A stretch of 64,000 nt of DNA from the NCBI RefSeq assembly GCF_018350175.1, contig NC_058383.1, positions 3,348,001-3,412,000 of the forward strand. Direction: 5' to 3'. A model generated the notes under the pieces. That model was given only the letters and a program-made list of their open reading frames with translations. It was not told the origin of the DNA and ran no database searches. Positions 1-10,523 of this stretch are shown here, piece by piece; the stretch's first letter is position 1, and every line of letters begins with the position of its first letter. The DNA is from Felis catus. Its lineage: Eukaryota. The translations under genes and the position numbers were made by a program.

Positions 1-174
1 CGGTAGCTTGAGTGGCCCCTGTGGCGTTCCCCGGCATTGCAGACACAAGTGCGCAAGCATTACCCGGGTCCTCAGGCGAAGGAGGCAGAGACAGAGAAAT
101 TTCAGATCGACTCTCTGCTTCCTGTTACTCAGATGTAAATTAGAGGGTGTGGGAACAGAAAGTTTCTTTTTTGC

Positions 175-362
175 AGGACGTCTGGGTGGTGCAGTCGGCT
201 GAGCGTCTGACTCTTGATTTCGGCTCAGGTCGTGATCCCAGGGTCGGACTCTGCACTGAGTGTGGAACCTGCCTAAGATACTCTGTCTGTCTGTCTCTCT
301 CTCTCTCTCTGTCTCTCTACTTCTGCCCTTCTCCCCCGCGCTCTCTCTGTCTCTCAAAAAAA
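175..362 (+). mobile_element. Can-SINE (older subfamily) with internal deletion
   Basis: tRNA-derived head ggacgtctgggtggtgcagtcggctgagcgtctgactcttgatttcggctcaggtcgtgatcc, (CT)n tract and short A tail. Confidence 0.85.
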
Positions 363-389
363 GAAGTTTTCTCTTTCTTATTACCAAAG

Positions 390-800
390 TAATAAATGTT
401 AACTGTAGAGACGAGAAAAGATAGATAAGCAGAAAGATGTCCATGACTTGCAACTCTGTAGCCCAGGCTCGTGATGGTTAACATTTTCATACATATTTCC
501 TGCAATAAAAAGAAACATTTTTAGCAAAACAGGCTTATACCATGTATTCTATTTTGTAAGATTTATTACTGAATATTTCATTATTTATACAATGTTAACT
601 ACCTACTGTCATTTTAAATAGCTGCCTAGTTTCCTTTTTTAAACAAACATGATTTATCTACCTAGCTCTCGACCATCGGACGTTCAGACGGTCTCCCGAT
701 TTTCCCCGTTACAGACAGAATGGTGAATATCCTTTTAGCCACATCTGTGTGAACATCAAAATTATCTCTTTACCATAAATTCCTGGAAGTGGAACTGACC
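390..800 (-). mobile_element. Ancient L1 3' fragment (L1ME-like)
   Basis: Degenerate match to recalled L1ME 3' sequence, e.g. tgaatatcctt...ataaattcctggaagtggaactg; boundaries approximate. Confidence 0.5.
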
Positions 801-2146
801 TGTTGAAGGATGCTGTGGTCCAGCTGTTGAGTTATATTAGAAATAGACGCCCACACATGCTTGCGAGCTCCAGTCTAAAAATGGGACCGGGGCTCACGCG
901 AACCACAGGAAACGAGGTGTCTCCTGCAGCTCAGGTACAAGGTACTCCAGGTGGAGAAGCCGGAGCTACAGACTCCCTGGACCCGGAGCACTTTGAGGCC
1001 CCTCAGGAGCCTTGTGACCTCTCACCTCTGCTCCCTGCTTACTTCCCTTTGCCCCCAAGGTGGGCGGGAGCGCGTGCCCTGTGCGTCAGGGCCGCGTGTC
1101 CGGTGTTTATCAGGAAAACACGGGGTGTCACATGGAAGAACACTGTCAGAGTCCTTTAGAAAAGGTATGGCCAGTGGTCGACATCTTCAGAATGTTTTTT
1201 CTGACAACCTGATTCCATTAAAACATTGTAGATGTTACCTCATTCTGTTCTAGCGTTTCATGGTGTGGAGAAGAAATCCGGAGGGTGTGGGGTTCGGGTT
1301 TTGTTCTCTTTGGGTTGATAGCGCGTTTTCCCTCTCTGGCTTCTTTGTAAGTTGTACTTCTTTGTCCTGAAGCTCGGACGCTCGGCTGGGACCGAACCGC
1401 AGGGGCTCTCTCCCTCTTGGTGCGCAGGAAGCCCTTAGAAGACGCAAGCGAGCCTTCTTCGCGTGTGGCAATCTGTCTGCGTTGTTAATTTGATTGACGT
1501 TGGCCTCTCACAGACTCTCTTCTCACCTTCTAGAATTCTTGTTGTGCCCACACGGGGCCTCCTGGATCGGCATTCCATTCACTCATCTTCTCGTTACAGC
1601 TCAGTTACCTGCTGTCTCGAGATCCCAGAGAAAACTCTCAATTCCAGCCACATTCACTGATCTGATCTTAGGCACTACCCAGTCTGTACTTTGGAGCTTC
1701 TGTTGTATCTTTACTTTTGGCAGTTTGTATGCTCGTCAAAAAGCCATCTTTCCTGGTCTAAGATCTTTCTGTTTTCATATCTACAGTATGTTATCAACCC
1801 CGCTCACTGGCACTTTTATTTGATTCAGACTTTCTGAGTCATCTGAATCAATATGGTTCGGAAATTTCCCGAAGTGTTCTTTTTCATAAAGGGGATACTT
1901 CTTCATAGTCTTTAAATTAATTGACCCCTTTATTATGGACTTTTTCCATTATGGGCTTTATTATTAGGATTACTTAATTTTTATTTTGCCACATTAATGA
2001 ACGTGTAGCCTGTAGTGAGGTGTCTACACTTCACCCTGATGGGATGAAGGTGGTTTTATCTCAGGGCTAATGGAATTCTTTCCCCATTTTAACAATCCAC
2101 AGGTTCCCGGGGATCTGCTTCTCTCTCCCTCGTGCGCACCTGTGCT

Positions 2147-2325
2147 CAGGAAGTTCTCAAAGTGGGGTACCTCGGCCGCATCACCTGGGTGTGTGTTAGA
2201 GGTGCAGGTTGTCAGACCCCACCCCCCATTCACTAGATCAGAAACTCTGGGGACAGAGCCCGGGAATGTGTGCCTTCACAAGCCCTCCGGTGACGCGAGG
2301 GCCCTCAGAGGCTGGGGAGCGGATC
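2147..2325 (+). mobile_element. MER5A-like hAT-Charlie DNA transposon (MITE)
   Basis: gttctcaaagtgggg...gcatcacctggg...tcagaaactctgggg...caagccctccggtga matches the recalled MER5A consensus. Confidence 0.75.
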
Positions 2326-3783
2326 ATCCACTGTGACCTGATTTCTGTCCACAGCAGGTTCACAACAAGTGTGAGTTTATGTTCAGCCCTTCGTGCCAAC
2401 ACCTGTGGGCTGTCCGGAGCAGGCCACGGAAGGGCGCTCCCCTCCCCCATCTCCAGCCCCAGGGACTGCTCTGACCTGAGTGGCACTTGGGTGGTTGTCC
2501 AGCAGGGCCCGAGGGGCGTCCCTCTGACTTTCCTTTTGCAGATGGGGAGTTTCAGATCAGAGTGCCTTTGCCTCAGATGGGGCACATTCGTGCCCTCTTA
2601 AAAATTCTGTGGTGGGTTTAAGAAGTGCAAAATGAGCGAGTGCAGATCACCTAGGGGCAAAAGTTTGGATTTTGTCTTTTTAATGAGGGCATTTAGGGTG
2701 ACCCGAGGAGTGTTGCCCCAGAGACTCGCAGGCCCATGGGAAGCTGTGTCCTCAGCTGCGGGGTGAGTGGTGTGGGGAGAGGGAGGAGCCGGCCTCCCGT
2801 GGGCTCCTGAGGACGGGGCTCAGCTGATAACCAGCGGCGAGAGACGCGCGAGAGGACAGAGGTGAGCGGGACTGTTTCCTGACGTGGCCCCTGGATGATT
2901 CCTCGGAGGAGAGGCAAACTGGACTTGACTGGGGCAGAAGGCTGGCCCGAGCCGTGGAAATGAGAGGAAGAGACCATCCCTGACCACGGGAGACGCGGCT
3001 GGGTCATAGGGAGGAGCAGGTGCTCGTTGTCATGGTGACAGAGCTGTGGCCTTGTGGGCTCAGGTGCATCCCTTGGGGGCCTGGAGCGCCAGGAACCAGA
3101 TGAAGGACCAGCGCCTCCACAGCTCCTTCCGGGCCTCTCACATTCCCATTTGTCGCTGATGAAAACAGGGCTCAGGACGCTCCCAGACTCCCGAGAGAAC
3201 CCCGCCTGTCCCCAGGCTCGCTCCCTCCGCTCCCTCCCCTTGTGAAGCTTTCTGTCGGGCCATCCCTCAGAGAGTCTGGCATGTTAATTTTCAAGTTTAC
3301 CAAGTGGCACTGAAGATCATAATGGATTTCTTCACCCATGACCCTCCTCCTGTCTGCCGTGATTCCTCCACCCTCTTGTCTGGTACTTCAGCTCCTGGAT
3401 CCTCGTTCCTGACCCTGGCCGTGGTAACTCTCGCCCGGCTGCAGTGTGGGGACGTCAGCTAGAGGCTCAAGTGCCCCATGATGGGCTACGTGTGGCCTCT
3501 TAATTTCACCCTTGACAATTAATTTTGTCCGTTCATTTTCCCCTCTTTCTCTTTATCCGTTGTAGCTTAAGGTCTGTCTGCTTACACTGCATAGGATAAA
3601 GCAAACGGGACAGCCGCTGTGTCCCTCAGGATTCACCACCACCTGGGTTAGAGTCCGTGCCGGGCACCCTCTTGCCAGGGAACCGTCCGATCACCAAAGC
3701 AGGCGGAAATGCAGACCATGTTACCTGCAAAGAACGCTCGACAGCTTGGGAACTTTTTACTTTCTATTAACACAACTGGCGTT

Positions 3784-3875
3784 AAAAGAAGAAGAAGAAG
3801 GAGGAGGAGGAGGGGGAGGGGGAGGAGGAGGAGGAGGAGGAGGAGGAGGAGGAGGAGGAGAAGAAGAAGAAAAAG
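3784..3875 (+). repeat. (GAA)n(GGA)n(GAA)n pure-purine microsatellite
   Basis: 92 consecutive purines read directly. Confidence 0.95.
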
Positions 3876-4854
3876 CAGCGAGGAGAAGCTGAGTAGATAA
3901 CCCTGAGCTCTAAGGTTGCTTAGATGACAAAGCACATTCACGTTTCCACACAGAAGTTGCAGTTAGCCGTGTGCACGACCTGTTCCAACGGCCGGGTTGT
4001 TATTGGCAAAAGCCGTGGAGTGTCTATCGTCAGAAGAGACCAGAAGTCAGATCTCTAGTCACCAAAGCAAAGAGCTTTAATCCAGAAACAGAAGGCGGGT
4101 GAACGAATGCGCAGAGGATGCTTCACTGGGCGCCTCACTGTCTTGGGCCCATCGGCACGCTTAACGGGCCGGCCCCAGGCTTCCTGGCGCTGGGCGCATG
4201 CTCTGGGAATGTCTGCTGAGGCTGCGCTCTGTGACCTGCTCGGGGAGACACCCAGCTTTCCCTGATGTGTGGAAAATAAACTGTGAGCTGGCCACCACTC
4301 CGCTCTTCCCCCACTGATGGGATGGGAACGGCCTTTTAGGAACTGGGTGTTGAACCACCTTTGTATGTCCCCCAGTGGGAGTTTACAAGAGCAAGCCCTC
4401 CGAACCTTCTGCCCCATTCGCATCCTGTCGTGAAGGGGGCCGGCTGAAGGAGGGGGCCGTGAGGAGCCCTCACAGCCCCTCCCTGCGAGGCCGGAGCAGG
4501 CCCCTCCGCCAGTGGAGGGTGGAGGCCCCAGGGCCAGGAGCCGGACTGGCAAGTACGGTGGCAAGGACAGCGGCCGCCGTGCTGAGCAGGCCTGCCCATG
4601 GGCCTTCCCGCCAGGAGAAGCCCCACGTTCCCCGAGAGCTGGCCTTCTGGGCCGTTGGGAGCAACGAGAATGACCACAAGGTGTGCACGCTCAGCCTGGC
4701 ACAGAGCAGGTGCCACAGATGTGGATCTGTCGCTGTCTTCTGTCCCCAGCTTTCTCTGGGGTTGGCTGCGGGGAAGGGTCATGACCTGGTACTGAGGTCA
4801 GATTCACGCCTTAGGCCCAGGCTGTCCCTGCAGGTGGAGGGTTTCTGAGAGGCA

Positions 4855-4968
4855 GGAAGGCGTGGTGGTTAGGCACACAGGCCCTGGGTCACGTGGATCT
4901 GGGCTCCCAAATTGCTGGACTTTCCACATATCAGTTTCCTTACGTGTAAAACAGGAACAGTAATCCCT
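4855..4968 (+). mobile_element. MIR fragment
   Basis: gtggtggttagg...ctgggctccca...tcagtttccttacgtgtaaaacagg MIR core. Confidence 0.55.
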
Positions 4969-6689
4969 TTGGCTTACCAGAGAGAACAGGCAGAAGCCAG
5001 ATTTCTAGCAGGACCCACGGGAACCTGAATGTAAGTAAAAGCCGGCCTGGGTCACCTGGTCGCCCTTAGGGCTTAATTTGGGGCCCCCCAGGACACCTGA
5101 TACTGGGCTTCAGAGCACTGATGGATTCCTGATCCACTCACCCGTAGGTTTCGTTGGCTCACTTCGTTTCGCATGATGGGCTGGTAGGGGCCGACACTCT
5201 TTTTCTCCTTAGATTCCAGTATGGACTTGGGGGCGTTAACTGAGCCACACATTACATATACGTCAAAGGTTATTAACATATTGGCGATTAAGAACCCTTT
5301 TAAAAATATATGCCATTCCAAAGCAATCACATGACTTATTGAAAGAGAATTTGTTTTCATTCAGTAAATGCTGGGATCTTTAGTTGATATCCTGATGTTT
5401 TTAATCAGATGTTTTGGGGCTTTAGGTTTGTTGAGTACCTACTGTGTGCCAGATGACGTATTATAATCACCTTACGTATGTTCTTTCGTTTAGTCCTCAC
5501 ACAGCATAACCCACTTCTCCCATAGTAAAAGGGGTAAACAGGAGCTGGTGAGGCGCAACGCCAGACCCCCAGGCCGTTGGACCCCCGGCACCGTCTCTAA
5601 AGAGCCACGTGGCATCCCCAGAGCACCCTCAGCCCCCAGCCGCTGCAGGAGAGGACTCCTCGGCCTCAGCCCGCGCTGGCTGGTCCAGCTCATTTGTCTG
5701 GACGTACCTGAGGTCACTTCAGAGAAGGCAGGAAAAACAATAGCCTCTAATTGCATACACAGATTGAATTTTCAGGTGTATTTCCTTGCGGGAACCTAGC
5801 TCATTGAATGTCTTTAGATGGAGGAAATTGTGGTCGAGACTGAGGTTCCTACGTGAGTTAACAAACGGTTGTTCCTCGCACAGAACCTGCAGGAGCGACC
5901 CTTACAAAGGAACGCATTCTTTGTTTTTTCCTGATGGCTGACAGCGGCCGCTGTGAGTTCTGAGTAGAAGAATATTTAGTGACAAAAGCCAGGAGAGTGT
6001 TGCGGCAGGGGGGAAAAACTGGGAGACTGATGAATTATCTTTCTATTTGCACCTTCAGAAATAGGTTAATTGTTTTGGTGACTGGCTCCATATTGATTAG
6101 GAAGCATTAATAGCAATTAATGATATAACTTCAAAAAAGGTATAGGAAAATTAATCGAATTCTCGGCTAACATAAATTATAGTCATTATCTACTGTATCC
6201 AGAACCATCAGACTGCCAAGCCAGTTGATTAAAGGGCCAGTAGATTTTTTGGTCTGAATTCTCCAGTGAATTGAACAAATCTTTTCGTTATGTTTCTAGC
6301 ATATAGTTCCCTGTGGTGAGCTAATAATATTACTTAGTTTAAGATGCCTCAATTCTATGACATCATCAGGAACCTTTCTCAAGTGAATTTGATTAACATC
6401 TGCACGTTTTACCGACATGTACAAATATTATTTGATTATGGTGATGAAACTTTTTAAATAAAAAAGCACCTGTGACAGCGTGGCACGGCGCAGTTCAGGT
6501 CAAGAGACGTGAAATCCCGAGCCTGACTGCGTGTACCCTTGATTCTGCCCGGTGGCTGGGAAGCAGCGGTCCATGCAGACTGACCCTCGAGGCAAGCAGC
6601 AGAGGTGTAGCCAGAGGAGGGGGACCAGAGAAAAGCGGAGAATAGGGCCGGTCATCTGGGTGCAGGGAGGCGCGAGAGGGAGCCCAGGG

Positions 6690-6960
6690 GGTCCTCAGAA
6701 TACACAGCCCTGGAGACTCAGTGGCTTAGACAACAAAGTGTATTTTCACTCATTACCCGTGCACTGCAGGTCTTGTAGGGGACAGGGGTCCGCTCGCCGT
6801 AAGGTGCCCAGACCCGGCTGTCACACGTGTCACTGTTCTGCGGTGCAGCCACCTCCACAGGAGACTTTAGGCTCACTGCACAGGGCATGGGGGACTCACA
6901 TATTCCTTGAATGTGCAAGACCTGTCACATCGCCACACCTAACTCGTAGGGGACGGGGTG
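6690..6960. mobile_element. Old MLT1-type (ERVL-MaLR) LTR fragment
   Basis: ctcagtggcttagacaacaaagtgtattttcactca resembles a conserved MLT1 motif; extent uncertain. Confidence 0.45.
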
Positions 6961-7269
6961 CCAGGAGGGAGGGGAGAACTCAGAACGGTGGTGAGCATCG
7001 CTAGGGTGACATGTCCCACCCCAGCTGAGGGCGAATCTTGAATCGGCAGGTATGGGGGCGGGTGGCGGGGTCTGCGGATGAGGGGCTGGTGCTCCAGGGA
7101 GTGTAGGCTGAGGTCAGCTCTGAACTGTGGCTCTGGCTGCGGAGTTTCTTGGTCTTGTCTCCTTTGTGGGCTTTTACCTCTGCTGCTCGTGCCCGGCCGC
7201 ACCTTGCTTGGACCTTTCACTGGAGTCAGGACGGGTAGTAGTCCAGAGCACAACTCCTAGCCATAAAGC

Positions 7270-7435
7270 CCTGGGTTTGTGTCCCAGCTCTGCCGTGGGA
7301 CGTTGGGCAGGTGAGCTACCTTGCCGGTCTCAGTTTTCTGTCAAAATGGGAGCAATAGAAAACGTACACAAGGATGAACGCAAGATGACGGGCACAGTGT
7401 CCGGCCCACATAAGCAGTTAACGAGCGTTTGCTGT
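7270..7435 (+). mobile_element. MIR fragment
   Basis: ctgggtttgtgtcccagctctgcc...ctcagttttctgtcaaaatggg...cacagtgtccggcccacataag. Confidence 0.65.
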
Positions 7436-7945
7436 AATTCTTACGATCTCCAAAAAGTTTCCACCTATGGGATCTTTAATTCTGTTCAGTTTCCCTCCCA
7501 TCTGCCTTCCCTGACCTTTGCCCTCTGTGCCTCATCCATCCTCATTGGTGTCTGCTCACCCAACCGTCCCTCCCCCACACCGTGGCGTCCACATTTTCAC
7601 TATTTCCTTGTGCCTATCAGTCCTCTCTTGACCTTCCAGCAGGCCCAGCCTGCTAAGGCCCAGCCGGCCTTCTACCTGCTTCCTCTTCTGCAGGACTCAA
7701 GTCCCACCAGACTGGTGGTGTCCTCCTCTGGGCACGTTCCTGCTGCACAGAAATCCTTGGGTGCATCTCAGGTTTCCTCTTGCCTCTTTTCCCTGGTGGT
7801 TGTCTCAGGCCTTGCCTCCTTCGCCCCAGCGGGACTATTTCCTGATAAGTCACATCCGTGAAAACATAGTGTCTTCATGTGTTTCCTTTTACTTCACTGG
7901 GGAACAGGTGCATGGAATCCTAACTGAAGAGTAACATCACCTAGC

Positions 7946-8110
7946 ACAGAATTTCTCAAATCGAACGAACACACACATCGCCTCGAAAGCTTGTTCGCGT
8001 TTAGGTCCTGATTCACTAGGTCTGGAGTGGCGCCCAAAGCCCTGCCCCTCTGACCCGCTCCCAGGGGAGGTCTGTGCTGCCCGTCCCAGCTCGCTTTGAG
8101 GAGCAAGGGG
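7946..8110 (-). mobile_element. MER5A1-like MITE
   Basis: tttctcaaa...ctgattcactaggtctggagtgg...ctcccagggga...gctttgaggagcaagg. Confidence 0.6.
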
Positions 8111-8185
8111 TTGGTTGCCTTGTATTGAGTGTATTGGGTGCTCCCCACGTGCCCCAAAGCACGATCTTTCCCTTGGAACCGGGAG

Positions 8186-8325
8186 GAGCCCTGCGACCAG
8201 AGCATGGCCAGCAGCACAGGCATCACTTGGTAGCTGATTAGATGCAGATTCTGATTTCGAATCTGCATGTGAGCAGGATACCCAGGCGGTCCCCAGGTGT
8301 GCACCTGCAGGTGTGAGAAGCACTG
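8186..8325 (+). mobile_element. MER5A1-like MITE, opposite orientation to its neighbour
   Basis: cagcagcacaggcatcacttgg...gatgcagattctg...aatctgcat...gtgtgagaagcactg. Confidence 0.6.
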
Positions 8326-9152
8326 ACTCAGAAGATACAAATAAAAAGATCTTAAGAATATTTGTGAAACCATATGTGGCTTTCAGCGCTCCGGAAACTG
8401 AAAATACTGATGTTAAATTAAGCCAATTAGTGAGTGGGTTGAAATTAATTAACCAGAAAAGACTCTGAGGAAGATAGATTTTGGATCACGTTTGGGAGAA
8501 GAAAGGTGCATTTATAAACGTGTTTCAAACTGGCTACTTTTATCATCATATAGAGCATCTTATCGTTAGCCATTTCTTAAAGCCCGGTTGTAAAAGCATA
8601 GCGATTTCCTCATCTGTCTCAGTTATTTTTATTTTGTTATTTTGTTGTTTTTCTTTCTGTAAATAACAGCAAATATGCATGCATAGCCTTATTTCTGCCC
8701 CCTTTTCTACCTCAGAAGCAACACATTATGCACACTTCTCAGAATTTGCTTTTTTTCACTTACCAGTGTATCTTAGAGAAACCTGTGTTGCTCTCTGAAA
8801 AGTTTTCTCATCTTTCATGGCTCCTTATCATCCAGAAAAGTGGCCGCACCACACTCATGGTTTGCTTTTCAAACAATACGTGAAAGTCTTTTACACGACA
8901 GGAACCACCACTTACCCATAAGAGGTCACACCCTCAGCAAATAATTACTAAATCCATGTCAAATTTCTACGCCTCTTCCAAAAACTGAGTCCTTCAAGGA
9001 ACCGCCACAAGTTGTTATTTTAGGCTATTGTGTTTCTCCCAAACAGTACTTAAATTTCAAAATAAAGAAGGATTTTTTTCTTTGGGACATTTTGCAAAGA
9101 CTCCACCAAAGGCAGTTCCCTCTTTCTGGGGAAATAGTTTCGGGGACAGTTC

Positions 9153-10523
9153 TTTTTTTTTTTTTTTAATGTTATGCAAATCCAAGGTAGTTAACACCTA
9201 GTATAATGAAGGTTTCGGGAATAGTATTCAGTGATTCATCACTTGCATGTAATACCCAGGGCTCAGCCCAACAAGTGCCCTCCTTCGTGCCTGTCATGCA
9301 TCTAGCCCAGCCCCACCCACCTCCCTCCAACAACTGTTTGTTCTCTGTATTTAAGAGTCTCTCATGGTTTGCCTCCCTCTCTGTTTTTATCTTATTTTTC
9401 CTTCCCATCCCCTATATTCATCTGTTTTGTTTCTTAAGTTCCACATATGAATGAAATCATATGATAACTTATATTTCTCTGACTGACTTCTCTTAGCAAA
9501 ATACCTTCTAGTTCCATCCACATTGTTGCAAATGGCAAGATTTCTTTTTTTTTTTTTTTTTTTATCACCAAGTAATATTCCATTGTAAACATATACCACC
9601 TCTTCTTTATCCATTTGTCAGTCAAAAGACATTTGGGCTCTTTCCATAATTTGGCTGTTGTTGATAGTGCTGCTATAAACACTGCGGTGCATGTGCCCCC
9701 TTGAAATCAGCACTTTTTTGTAGCCTTTGGGTAAATGCCTAGTAGTGCGATTACTGGGTCGTAAGATGGTTCTGTTCTTAATTTTTTGAAGAACCTCCAT
9801 ACTGTTTTCCACAGAGGCTGCACCAGCTTGCGTTCCCAGCAACAGTGTAAGAGGGTTCCCGTTTCTCCTCTTCCTCACCAACATCTCTTGTTTCCTGAGT
9901 TGTTAATTTTAGCCACTCTGACAGGTCTGAGGTGGTATCTCACTGTGGTTTCCATTTGTATTTTCGTGATGATGAGTGATGTTGAGCATCTTTCCATGTA
10001 TCAGTTGGCCATCTGGATGTCTTCTTGGGAAAAGTGTCTGTTTATGTCTTTTGCCCATTTCTTCAGTGGATTACTTGTTTTTTTGGGTGTTGAATTTGTT
10101 AAAATTCTTCATATATTTTGGATACTAGCCCTTTATCTGTATATCATTGTGTCGGTTGCCCTTTAGTTTTGTTGATTGTTTCCCTCACTGTACGGAAGGT
10201 TTTCTCCTGGTGAGGTCCCATTAGCTCATTTTTGCTTTTGTTTCCCTTGCCTCTGGAGACGTGTCTACTAAGTAGCTACTGCGGCCAGGATCGAAGGTTG
10301 TTGCCTGTTTTCTCCTCTAGGATTTGGATGGTTGTCTGTCTTACATTTATTTAGGTCTTTTATCCATTTTGAGTTTATTTTTACATACAGTGTAAGGTCC
10401 ACGTTCACTCTTCTGCATGTCGTGGTCCAGTTTTCCCAGCACCACTTGCTGAAGAGACTGTCTTTTTGCCATTGGATATTCTTTCCTGCTTTGTCAAAGA
10501 CCGGTTGGCCATACACTTGTGGA
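9153..10523 (-). mobile_element. 5'-truncated carnivore L1 (3' UTR plus ORF2 C-terminal remnant)
   Basis: Poly-T (tail) at 9153 and carnivore L1 3' UTR. Minus-strand ORF fragments read as ORF2 remnants ([42 protein letters not shown]) and are frameshifted. Confidence 0.93.

Noticed and set aside
3648..3941. Poly-Arg (protamine-like) and poly-Leu ORFs on opposite strands
   Set aside because: Both are translations of the (GAA/GGA)n microsatellite and have no gene structure.
7127..7861. 244-aa + strand ORF
   Set aside because: Non-ATG start, runs through a MIR and degenerate repeat sequence, and has no recognisable domain.
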